Assembly: GCA_036406675.1 (NCBI GenBank)
Contig: DASXAO010000089.1
Span: forward strand, 1,419 to 65,418
DNA: 64,000 nt
Direction: 5' to 3'
Origin: Burkholderiales bacterium
GTDB lineage: Bacteria > Pseudomonadota > Gammaproteobacteria > Burkholderiales > SG8-39
Within the stretch, counting starts at the first letter, position 1. Each line of letters begins with the position of its first letter. Shown here one piece after another: positions 18,240 through 26,292 of this stretch. The notes beneath the pieces are model-generated. The model was not told the origin of the DNA, ran no database searches, and worked only from the letters and a program-made list of their open reading frames with translations. The translations under genes and the position numbers were made by a program.

Positions 18240-19043
18240 ATGCGCTGCGCCGTCCTGGCCATTGCGGTTTCGCTCGCTTCACCCCCTGTAGGGGCGCAAG
18301 TGGACGAAATCGTGACGGCGAAGCTCGAGGGTCGCAGCATCGCCGCGCTGGTGACTCGCCAGGAGGGCGCCAAGACCTTCAAGCAAGGCATCGCGATCTT
18401 CCCGGGGCACCCGGGCATTCTCAGGCTCCGCGAGGAGAACGGCCAGCCGCAATACGACCAGCGCGGCAACTTCCTGGTCCGCTCGCGGCGCCACTGGCTC
18501 GACGACGAGACTCTCACCGCGGTGCTGGATGCGCCGTCCGACCAGTGGACGAGCTTCACGCAGGACTTCCGCGCCACCCCGCGTTACGGCGCCGATGTCG
18601 CCGCGATCCTCAACGAGGTGTCGAAGCGCTACCCGGTGGCCGAATGGACCCTCGTCGGCACGAGCGAGGGCTCGATCAGCGCCTTCCACGCCGCGCGCAT
18701 GAATCCGGCGCTCGCGAAGCGCGTCATCCTGACCTCGTCGGTGTTCAGCCCCGGGGCCAACGGACCGGGGCTCGCCGGCGCGAACTTTGGCCAGATGGCG
18801 ACGCCGCTGCTCTGGGTACACCATCGCGACGATCCCTGCCAGTTCACCCAGTATCGCGACGCGACGCGCTACGCCGAGAAGACCATGAGCCCGCTTGTCA
18901 CGGTCCGCGGCGGCGGCCCGGAACAAGGTGGGGCGTGCCAGGCGCGCAGCCATCACGGCTATGTCGGCGTGGAGCGCGAAGTGGTGCTCGCGATGCGCTC
19001 CTGGGTGAAGACGGGGACGGTTCCGGCCGACGTCGGCCGCTGA
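18240..19043 (+). CDS. Secreted alpha/beta-hydrolase-fold protein
   Basis: Signal peptide MRCAVLAIAVSLASPPVGAQ. Nucleophile elbow GTSEG and a later HHRDD / HHGY region. Confidence 0.7.
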   Translation: MRCAVLAIAVSLASPPVGAQVDEIVTAKLEGRSIAALVTRQEGAKTFKQGIAIFPGHPGILRLREENGQPQYDQRGNFLVRSRRHWLDDETLTAVLDAPSDQWTSFTQDFRATPRYGADVAAILNEVSKRYPVAEWTLVGTSEGSISAFHAARMNPALAKRVILTSSVFSPGANGPGLAGANFGQMATPLLWVHHRDDPCQFTQYRDATRYAEKTMSPLVTVRGGGPEQGGACQARSHHGYVGVEREVVLAMRSWVKTGTVPADVGR

Positions 19044-19085
19044 ATCGATAGAGGAGGTAGCCAGTCGGAGCTCTCCAAGACGACG

Positions 19086-19226
19086 ATGCACGACGTGCTC
19101 GGCCGTGTGGTGACCGTGCGCCGCACCGAGCGCGACCCCGGAAACGGCGCCAGCACCACGCAGGCGGTCAAGTACCTGGTCATCCAGATCTCCGACCCGA
19201 CCAAGCCGGCGACCGTGCCCGAGTAG
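19086..19226 (+). CDS. Candidate small protein (46 aa), below the ORF-track length cutoff
   Basis: ATG..TAG frame with 44 of 46 codons ending in G/C. No clear Shine-Dalgarno. In the same frame as the upstream hydrolase, 14 codons after its TGA. Confidence 0.35.
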   Translation: MHDVLGRVVTVRRTERDPGNGASTTQAVKYLVIQISDPTKPATVPE

Positions 19227-19240
19227 ATTTTCTCTCTGGG

Positions 19241-21115
19241 CTAGATCTCGACCCGCGTGCCGAGCTCGATCACGCGGGTGGTGGGAATGTTGAAGTAGTC
19301 CGTGACGCTCCCGGCGTTGCGTGCCATGGCGGCGAAGAGACGGTCGCGCCATCGCGTAAGGCCGTTGCCCGCCTTCACCGGCACGATCTTCTCCCGCGAC
19401 AGAAAGAAGGAGACCTGCATCGGGTCGAGCTCCACGCCGCAGCTTCCGCACATTGCGAGGTCACCCGCGAGATCGGGGCGGTTCATGAAGCCATAGCGCA
19501 GGCGTACCCTCCAACACTGATCACCGAGGTCCTCGCAGGCAAGCCGCTCCTCGATCGGCACCCAGGGCGTGTCGCGAAACTCGACCGTGAGAAACACCAC
19601 CTGCTCGTGAAGCGCCTTGTAGTGCTTGAGGCTGTGCAGCAGCGCGTGCGGCGTGGCATCGGGCGTCGCAGTGAGGAAAACCGCCGTGCCCGGGACGCGT
19701 ACCAGGGCCTCCCCTAGCAGCGAGCGCATGAACGCCTCGAGCGGCACCGACGCGCTGCGCAGCTGCAGGAAAAGCGCCTCCCGGCCGCGGCGCCAGCTCA
19801 TCATCACGGTGAAGATCGCGGCGGCGAGCGCTAACGGAAACCAGCCGCCGTCGAGCACCTTGTGCAGCGCCGCGGCGAGGAAAACGCCCTCGATCAGCAT
19901 GAAGAACCCGCTCGCGCCGACGCACAGCCAGAGCGGATAGCCCCAGCCGAACCGGATCACGAAAAAGGTGAGGAAGGTGGTGGCGAGCATCGTGCCCATC
20001 ACCGCCACGCCGTAGGCGGAAGCGAGCGCTGTGGAGGAGCCGAATCCGACGACCGCCGCGGCCACCGCGGCCAGGAGGATCCAGTTGACCACCGGCACGT
20101 AGATCTGCCCGATGGTCTGCGCCGAGGTATGCAAGACGTTCATGCGCGGCAGATAGCCGAGGTGGATGGCCTGCCGCGTCATCGAATAGGCGCCGGAGAT
20201 CGTCGCCTGGGAGGCGATGATCGTGGCCGCGGTCGCCAGTCCCACCATGGGGTAAAGCGCCCATGAAGGATACGCAAGATAGAACGGGTTCTCGAGCGCC
20301 TGCGGGTTGTCGATCAGCAAGGCGCCCTGGCCGAAATAGTTGAGCACCAGCGCCGGCGCGACCAGGCCGAACCATGCCAGGCGAATGGCGCGCCTGCCGA
20401 AATGCCCCATGTCGGCATAGAGCGCTTCGGCGCCGGTGATGGCGAGCAGCACCGCGCCGAGCACGACGAACGAGGCGAAGCCATGCGCGGTCGCGAAATG
20501 CAGCGCGTGCCGCGGGTCGAGCGCCCGCAGGATCGCGGGCTGATTGGCGATGTGCCACGCGCCAACGGCAGCGAGCGACAGGAACCACAGCGCGCAGATC
20601 GGCCCGAAAAGGAGACCGACGAAACCGGTGCCTCGCCTCTGGATCAGGAACAACCCAACGAGAATCGCAGTAGCCAGCGGCACGACGTACGGCTTGAGCC
20701 CGGAGGTCCCGACTTCCAGGCCTTCGACGGCGGAAAGCACCGAGATGGCGGGCGTAAGCACGGCATCGCCGTAAAAGAGCGCCGCGCCGAACACGCCCAC
20801 GACGAGAACCCAGGGGCGCCAACGCGAACGCTCGCCGATGGCACCCACTGCGAGCGCGAGCAGCGCCATGATGCCGCCCTCCCCGCGGTTGTTCGCGCGC
20901 AGCACCAGCAGCACGTATTTGAGCGACACCACGATCATCAGTGCCCAGAAAATCGCCGAAACGCCGCCCAGCACGTTCTCGGCCGTCAGGGGAATGCCGC
21001 GGTCCGGATTGAACGTTTCCTTCACCGCGTAGAGGGGACTGGTGCCGATGTCGCCGTAGACGACGCCGAGGGCGAGCAGCGCGAGCGAGGAGGTGGACGA
21101 ACGTGGCGTGGACAT
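19241..21115 (-). CDS. kup: Kup/HAK/KT family potassium transporter (paralog 1)
   Basis: GVVYGDIGTSPLYAVKETF, RANNRGEGGIMAL and GAEALYADMGHFG signatures, 12-TM core and cytoplasmic C-domain. Confidence 0.95.
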   Translation of the reverse strand: MSTPRSSTSSLALLALGVVYGDIGTSPLYAVKETFNPDRGIPLTAENVLGGVSAIFWALMIVVSLKYVLLVLRANNRGEGGIMALLALAVGAIGERSRWRPWVLVVGVFGAALFYGDAVLTPAISVLSAVEGLEVGTSGLKPYVVPLATAILVGLFLIQRRGTGFVGLLFGPICALWFLSLAAVGAWHIANQPAILRALDPRHALHFATAHGFASFVVLGAVLLAITGAEALYADMGHFGRRAIRLAWFGLVAPALVLNYFGQGALLIDNPQALENPFYLAYPSWALYPMVGLATAATIIASQATISGAYSMTRQAIHLGYLPRMNVLHTSAQTIGQIYVPVVNWILLAAVAAAVVGFGSSTALASAYGVAVMGTMLATTFLTFFVIRFGWGYPLWLCVGASGFFMLIEGVFLAAALHKVLDGGWFPLALAAAIFTVMMSWRRGREALFLQLRSASVPLEAFMRSLLGEALVRVPGTAVFLTATPDATPHALLHSLKHYKALHEQVVFLTVEFRDTPWVPIEERLACEDLGDQCWRVRLRYGFMNRPDLAGDLAMCGSCGVELDPMQVSFFLSREKIVPVKAGNGLTRWRDRLFAAMARNAGSVTDYFNIPTTRVIELGTRVEI

Positions 21116-21163
21116 GGCACGAGACTAAGGCTTGCCTGCCGGTCGCCGCCGCCGCAGACCCGA

Positions 21164-21184
21164 TTCTTTACGCGTTCTTTACGC
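21164..21184 (+). promoter_or_regulatory. Tandem direct repeat TTCTTTACGC-g-TTCTTTACGC (11-bp period), candidate OmpR/KdpE-type operator
   Basis: Perfect 10-nt repeat seen directly in the 92-bp divergent kup / kdpD-like intergenic region. It resembles, from memory, the T-rich TTTA(T/C)A half-sites of the E. coli KdpE box. Confidence 0.4.
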
Positions 21185-21207
21185 CGCTGTTGCGCTAGAG
21201 TGGCCGC

Positions 21208-22290
21208 ATGAGCTGGCCTGGATACCGCTGGGTTGGCTACGGCGGGGCCGCCGCGGCCACCGTCGCGGCTACGCTGATCGGGCTCGGCATGCGAGCGCAC
21301 TTCGAGCTGGTGAACATCGCGATGGTGTATCTGCTCGCGGTGGTGGCGGTCGCGCTTCGCTTCACGCGGGCGCCGACGATTCTGACCTCGGTGCTTTCGG
21401 TCGCCGCGTTCGACTATTTCTTCGTGCCGCCCAGCGGAGCCTTCTCGGTCGAGGACCCGCAATACCTGGTCACGTTCGCGATGATGCTGGGCGTCGGCCT
21501 GATCATCTCCCAGCTCACCAGCAGCGTGCGCGCGCGCGCGCACGCTCAGGCGCGCCTCGCCCTGGAGGCCGAGACCGAGCGCATCCGCAATGCGCTGCTC
21601 TCGTCGATCTCCCACGACCTGCGCACGCCGCTCGCCGTGATCTGCGGCGCGTCGTCGAGCCTGGCCGCGCGCCAGACGCTCGACCCGGACGAGCGTAGCG
21701 CGCTGGCGCAGAGCATCTTCGATCACGCCCGCGACATGTCGGAGCTCCTTGCCAAGGTCCTCGAGATGACGCGCCTTCAGAGCGGCAGCATCGCCCTGCA
21801 GCGCGACTGGGCATCGCTGGGCGAGCTTCTCGGCGCGGTGCTGCGGCGCCTGCGCGAGCGGCTCGCGACCCACATGGTGATGATCGAGCTGCCGGACGAC
21901 CTGCCGCTCGTGCGCGTCGACAGCGTGCTGATCGAGCAGGTGCTCGCCAACCTGCTCGAAAACGCGGCCAAGCACACGCCGCCGCGCACCCTGATCAGGG
22001 TGCGGGCGCAAGCCGCCGGCGATGCGATGACGGTCTCGGTCGAGGACTTCGGCCCCGGGCTCCCCGACGGGGACCTGGACCAGCTCTTCGGCAAGTTCGA
22101 GCGCGGGGGCGGAAGCCACCGCGGCGGAATGGGCCTCGGCCTCGCCATCTGCCGCGCTATCGTGCGGCTGCACGGAGGCACCATCCGGGCCGAGCGCCTG
22201 CCCGGTAGGGGCACGGCGTTCAATTTCACGCTGCCGCTGGAGCCGGTTCCGGCGATCGCCGCCGCCGACTGCGCGGTACAAAGTGGCTGA
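21208..22290 (+). CDS. Minimal KdpD-like histidine kinase (DUF4118 membrane domain + HisKA + HATPase only)
   Basis: VNIAMVYLLAVVAVAL...FDYFFVPPSGAFSVEDPQYLVTFAMML matches the KdpD TM block. It runs straight into ETERIRNALLSSISHDLRTPL (KdpD H-box) and GMGLGLAICRAIVRLHGG. The N-terminal KdpD/Usp and GAF-like regions are absent. Confidence 0.85.
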   Translation: MSWPGYRWVGYGGAAAATVAATLIGLGMRAHFELVNIAMVYLLAVVAVALRFTRAPTILTSVLSVAAFDYFFVPPSGAFSVEDPQYLVTFAMMLGVGLIISQLTSSVRARAHAQARLALEAETERIRNALLSSISHDLRTPLAVICGASSSLAARQTLDPDERSALAQSIFDHARDMSELLAKVLEMTRLQSGSIALQRDWASLGELLGAVLRRLRERLATHMVMIELPDDLPLVRVDSVLIEQVLANLLENAAKHTPPRTLIRVRAQAAGDAMTVSVEDFGPGLPDGDLDQLFGKFERGGGSHRGGMGLGLAICRAIVRLHGGTIRAERLPGRGTAFNFTLPLEPVPAIAAADCAVQSG

Positions 22291-22978
22291 GACCCGCGGC
22301 ACCATCCTGGTCGTCGAGGACGAGCCCGACATCCGCCGCTTCCTGCGCTCGTCGCTCGGCGGCGAGGGCTACAAGGTGGTCGAGTCCCCCGCCGGCCAGC
22401 GCGGCGCGCTGGACGCCGGATTGCACAAGCCCGACCTGGTCATAGTCGACCTCGGCCTGCCCGACCTCGACGGCGTCGAAGTGATTCGCAGGATCCGGGA
22501 GTGGTCGCCGATGCCCATCCTGGTCGTTTCGGCGCGCACCCAGGAGCGCTCCAAGATCGCGGCGCTGGACGCCGGCGCCGACGACTATGTCACGAAGCCT
22601 TTCGGCGTGGGCGAGCTACTGGCGCGGGTCCGGGTGGCGCTGCGCCACGCGCTGCGCCCCCCTTCGGGCAAGGCACTCGGCCTGGGGGAGGTGACGCTCG
22701 ACTTCGAAAAGCGCCGGGCGACGCGAGCCGGTGCCGAGATCCGTCTCACCCCGATCGAGTTCAGGCTGCTCGCCTGCCTCGCCAAGCACCTCGGGATGGT
22801 GGTCACGCACCGGCAGCTCCTGCGCGAAGTGTGGGGCCCATCGCACGCCGAGCACACGCACTACCTGCGCATCTACATGAAGCAGCTGCGCGAGAAGCTC
22901 GAGCCCGACCCCGTGCGGCCGCGGCATCTCGTCACCGAGACCGGGGTCGGCTACCGCCTGCTGGCGGATGAGGCGTGA
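22283..22978 (+). CDS. kdpE: KdpE-type OmpR-family response regulator
   Basis: Colinear with E. coli KdpE (ILVVEDE..IRRFLR, KPDL.I.DLGLPD.DG.E.IR..R.WS..P..V.SAR..E..KIAALDAGADDY..KPFG.GEL.AR.RVALR, LTPIEFRLL, LREVWGP...EH.HYLRIYM..LR.KLE.DP.RPRH..TE.G.GYR). The GTG start overlaps the kinase stop. Confidence 0.9.
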   Translation: MAETRGTILVVEDEPDIRRFLRSSLGGEGYKVVESPAGQRGALDAGLHKPDLVIVDLGLPDLDGVEVIRRIREWSPMPILVVSARTQERSKIAALDAGADDYVTKPFGVGELLARVRVALRHALRPPSGKALGLGEVTLDFEKRRATRAGAEIRLTPIEFRLLACLAKHLGMVVTHRQLLREVWGPSHAEHTHYLRIYMKQLREKLEPDPVRPRHLVTETGVGYRLLADEA

Positions 22979-22992
22979 GGAAATGCCGGCTG

Positions 22993-23106
22993 CTACGCGA
23001 GAATCAGGGCGAGCAGGTGGATGGCGAGCGGAAGAGCGAAGAGGCCCAGGAACAGCACGAACTCCATCGTGCCTCGCTCCCATGCCTTGCTGAGCATCCT
23101 CGCCAT
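22993..23106 (-). CDS. Candidate small hydrophobic peptide (37 aa, or 24 aa from the internal ATG at 23067)
   Basis: Hand translation gives MARMLSKAWERGTMEFVLFLGLFALPLAIHLLALILA*. 32 of 37 codons end in G/C. A GAGG lies 4 nt before the internal ATG. Not in the ORF track because it is under 60 aa. Confidence 0.25.
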   Translation of the reverse strand: MARMLSKAWERGTMEFVLFLGLFALPLAIHLLALILA

Positions 23107-23231
23107 GCGCGCACTGTAGCGACTGCGGCGCGAATGCGGGATCAAAGCTTGTCAAATCTGGCCGGGGCCGCGACTTTCTGCCGCTTCATTCCGTCAGCCC
23201 GGCGTCAGCGGATCGCGCTTACCATCGCCCG

Positions 23232-24524
23232 GTGAAACGCGAGCCCGAACTCATTGACGAATTTGGCGACCAGGACCGCGGCGGCGTGCCGCTGCTGAAG
23301 CGGCTCGGGCCGGGCCTCATCACCGGAGCCGCTGACGACGACCCGAGCGGCATCGCCACCTACTCCCAGGCCGGCGCCCAGTTCGGCTACGGGCTGCTGT
23401 GGTCGGTGGTGTTCACCACGCCGCTGATGATCGGCATCCAGATCGTCAGCGCGCGCATCGGCCGGGTCACGGGGCACGGCCTCGCCGCGAACATCCGCGA
23501 CCACTTCCCGCGGCCGCTGCTTTACTTCATCGTTTGCCTCCTCCTGGTCGCGAACACGTTCAACATCGCCGCCGATGTCGGCGTCATGGGCGACGCGCTG
23601 GTGCTCCTCGCCGGCGGCCAGAGCTCGATCTACATCGTGTTCTTCGCGCTGGTATCGCTCACCCTGCAGGTCTTCATCCCCTTTCCGCGCTACGCGCCCC
23701 TCCTGAAGTGGCTCACGCTCGCCCTCTTCGCCTATGTCGGAACGGTGCTGGTGGTGCCGTTTCCCGGGGCGGCGCTGCGCGGGACGCTGATCCCGCAGAT
23801 CGCCTGGCGCCCCGACTATGTCGGGATGCTGGTGGCGGTGCTCGGAACGACGATCAGCCCGTATCTCTTCTTCTGGCAGGCGTCGCAGGAGGTCGAGGAG
23901 CAGCGCGCCACGCCCGGCCACGAGCCCTTGCGCGAGGCGCCGGACCAGGCGCGCGCGCACCTCGCCCGCATCAAGCTCGACACCTACCTCGGGATGCTGT
24001 ACTCGAACCTCATCGCGTTCTGCATCATGCTGACCACCGCCGCCACCCTGCACGCAGCGGGAGCGCAGGACATCCAGGACGCGGCGCAGGCGGCACAGGC
24101 GCTGCGGCCGCTTGCGGGCGAGTTCGCCTTCGCGCTGTTCGCCGCCGGCATCATCGGCACCGGGCTGCTTGCCGTGCCGGTGCTCGCCGGCTCGGCCGCC
24201 TACGCGGTCGCCGAGACTTTCCGCTGGCCGATCGGCCTCGGCCTGCCGCTCGCCGAGGCGCGCGGCTTCTACGCCATCCTGACCGTGGCCACCCTCCTCG
24301 GCGTGGCGATCGACCTGTCCGGGATCGACTCGATGAAGGCGCTGGTCTGGGCAGCGACGCTGAACGGCGTGGTCTCGGTTCCCATCATGGCGGTGATGAT
24401 GCTGCTCGCCGCCAAGCCCGCCGTGATGGGCCCGTTCGTCGTCACCGGGCGCCTGCGGGCGCTCGGCTGGTTCGCCGTGGCCGTGATTGCGGCAGCGGTG
24501 GCGGCGATGTTTGCGCTGCTCTAG
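23232..24524 (+). CDS. Nramp/SLC11-related cation transporter with a non-canonical metal-site signature
   Basis: GPGLITGAADDDPSGIATYSQAGAQFGYGLLW is the Nramp TM1 block. GTG start. About 11 TM segments. Confidence 0.85.
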   Translation: MKREPELIDEFGDQDRGGVPLLKRLGPGLITGAADDDPSGIATYSQAGAQFGYGLLWSVVFTTPLMIGIQIVSARIGRVTGHGLAANIRDHFPRPLLYFIVCLLLVANTFNIAADVGVMGDALVLLAGGQSSIYIVFFALVSLTLQVFIPFPRYAPLLKWLTLALFAYVGTVLVVPFPGAALRGTLIPQIAWRPDYVGMLVAVLGTTISPYLFFWQASQEVEEQRATPGHEPLREAPDQARAHLARIKLDTYLGMLYSNLIAFCIMLTTAATLHAAGAQDIQDAAQAAQALRPLAGEFAFALFAAGIIGTGLLAVPVLAGSAAYAVAETFRWPIGLGLPLAEARGFYAILTVATLLGVAIDLSGIDSMKALVWAATLNGVVSVPIMAVMMLLAAKPAVMGPFVVTGRLRALGWFAVAVIAAAVAAMFALL

Positions 24525-24534
24525 GATACATGCC

Positions 24535-25398
24535 GTGAAGTCATCGTTGCGTCCGCTCCAGGAGCGCTTCGCGGCCGAGGTCACCGGGGTGGAGCTGCGC
24601 ACGCTGCACGATCCCTCTGAGCTGGAGGCGATCCGCGGGGCGATGGACCGCTTCGCGGTCCTCGTGTTCCGCGCCCAGCCGCTGAGCGATGCCGAGCAGC
24701 TCGCGTTCGCCGAGCGCTTCGACGGCAGGCTGCATACGAAGACCGGCTCCGCCGTCCTCGGCCGCAACCGGTTCGGCAACGAGGCGCTGACCGACATCTC
24801 CAACGTGGACGAGAGCGGAGAGGTCATGCGGCCGGGCGACCGGCGCAGGATGTACGGCCTCGGCAACCGCCTCTGGCACACCGACGCGTCGTTCGAGGAT
24901 CCGCCGGGTCGCTATTCCATGCTGCACGCGCGCGTCCTGCCGCCGGTGGACGCGGACACGGAGTTCGCCGACATGCGCGCCGCCTACGACGAGCTCGACG
25001 GCGCGGCAAAGGCCAGGCTCGAAGGCCTGAAGGTCCACCATTCCATCGCCTATTCCCGAATGACCCTCGGGTTCGAGTTTTCGGACGGGGAGCGCGAGAA
25101 GCTGAAAGGCGCGGTGCACCCGCTCGTGCGCGCGAACCCCAGGACCGGGCGCCGCTCGCTCTACCTCGCCTCGCACGCTTCGCACGTCGTCGGCTGGCCG
25201 GTGCCGGACGGACGGCTGCTCCTGCGCGAGCTCACCGAGCACGCGACGCAATCACGCTTCGTCTACCGCCATTCCTGGCGCATGGCCGATCTCGTGATCT
25301 GGGACAACCTCGCGACGATGCATCGCGCGCGTCCCTTCGACGATTCCGCGCACCGGCGCGAGCTGCGGCGCGTGACGACCCTCGACCTGCGCGACTAG
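24535..25398 (+). CDS. TauD/TfdA-family Fe(II)/2-oxoglutarate-dependent dioxygenase
   Basis: 287 aa from GTG 24535. LWHTDASFEDPP (HxD), RYSMLHA, distal HS..Y and WDN.ATMHRAR blocks. Confidence 0.85.
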   Translation: MKSSLRPLQERFAAEVTGVELRTLHDPSELEAIRGAMDRFAVLVFRAQPLSDAEQLAFAERFDGRLHTKTGSAVLGRNRFGNEALTDISNVDESGEVMRPGDRRRMYGLGNRLWHTDASFEDPPGRYSMLHARVLPPVDADTEFADMRAAYDELDGAAKARLEGLKVHHSIAYSRMTLGFEFSDGEREKLKGAVHPLVRANPRTGRRSLYLASHASHVVGWPVPDGRLLLRELTEHATQSRFVYRHSWRMADLVIWDNLATMHRARPFDDSAHRRELRRVTTLDLRD

Positions 25399-25399
25399 C

Positions 25400-25882
25400 T
25401 CAGCGGCTGCTTCTTCCCTCGAGCCTCGGCAGGACCACCCAGAGCAGCAGCAGCACAACGAGGAGCGCGGCGGCAAAGGCGAGGGCAAGACCCGACGTGC
25501 CGAACACCACGACCGCGATGAGATAGACGTCGAGCGTCAGCCCGAGGGCGAGCGGCAGCATGCTGATGCGCAGGAGGAGCGACGACAGCCAGATGAAGCG
25601 TTCGCTCACCTCGCGCTGCTGGCTCTGGCGGTGGATCGCCGCCGGCGCCATGACGAACGCCGCCGAGACCGCGACCAGGAACAGGGCGAGGAAATGGAGC
25701 TGGCGCTCTGAAGGCGCCAGCTTGTGTTCGAAGCCGTCGTTGAATACCGCGATGAGCTGGAAGCCGAACAGCGCCTGGATGCCCGGCAGCACCATGCGGC
25801 ACTCCTCGAGCAGGTGCGACGCCGCCGAGTCGAGCTTGACCTCTTCCTTCTTGCCGGCGCCGACCGGCTTCTCGATGCTCAT
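25400..25882 (-). CDS. DUF6328-like membrane protein
   Basis: 160 aa. LLEECRMVLPGIQALFGFQLIAVFNDGF resembles the family's N-terminal block, and there are three further TM segments. Its ATG overlaps the upstream stop (ATGA). Confidence 0.65.
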   Translation of the reverse strand: MSIEKPVGAGKKEEVKLDSAASHLLEECRMVLPGIQALFGFQLIAVFNDGFEHKLAPSERQLHFLALFLVAVSAAFVMAPAAIHRQSQQREVSERFIWLSSLLLRISMLPLALGLTLDVYLIAVVVFGTSGLALAFAAALLVVLLLLWVVLPRLEGRSSR

Positions 25883-26283
25883 TCGCCTGCTACCAGGCGC
25901 CGCACGCGCTCGAGGAGCATTTCGCGCACCTTGCGGAACTCCTTCGCTCCGCCGCGCGCCGGGTCGGGCACGTCCCAGTTCTCCATCCATCGCGCCTGCA
26001 CCAGGTCGCCGATGTCCGGCGTGTCCATCTTGGCGACGAAGTCGAACACGAGGTGCTGGAACGCCGAGACGTGCCGGGGTTGGTGGCCGGTCAGGTCGAA
26101 GCCGATCTCGCGCATGGTCTCGACCGCGTCCGGGTTGACTTCCCGGCCCGGCTCGATGCCGGCGCTGCAGACCTCCCAGCCGCCCTCGCCCAGCTTGCGC
26201 AGCATCGCCTCGGCCATCGGGCTGCGGCTGGAGTTCTTGATACAGACGAACAGGGCGCGTTTCGCCACGCCCCTTCGCAGCAA
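25879..26283 (-). CDS. Low-molecular-weight phosphotyrosine phosphatase / ArsC-type arsenate reductase family protein
   Basis: P-loop FVCIKNSSRSPMAEAM (C-X5-R-S) and DVPDP near the C-terminus. 134 aa. Confidence 0.8.
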   Translation of the reverse strand: MLRRGVAKRALFVCIKNSSRSPMAEAMLRKLGEGGWEVCSAGIEPGREVNPDAVETMREIGFDLTGHQPRHVSAFQHLVFDFVAKMDTPDIGDLVQARWMENWDVPDPARGGAKEFRKVREMLLERVRRLVAGE

Positions 26284-26292
26284 CTTTCGCGC

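Noticed and set aside
19041-19226. Programmed TGA readthrough or selenocysteine extension of the hydrolase into the downstream in-frame ORF.
   Set aside because: I see no SECIS-like hairpin immediately after the TGA, and I cannot support readthrough from the sequence alone. It is reported only as a small-ORF observation.
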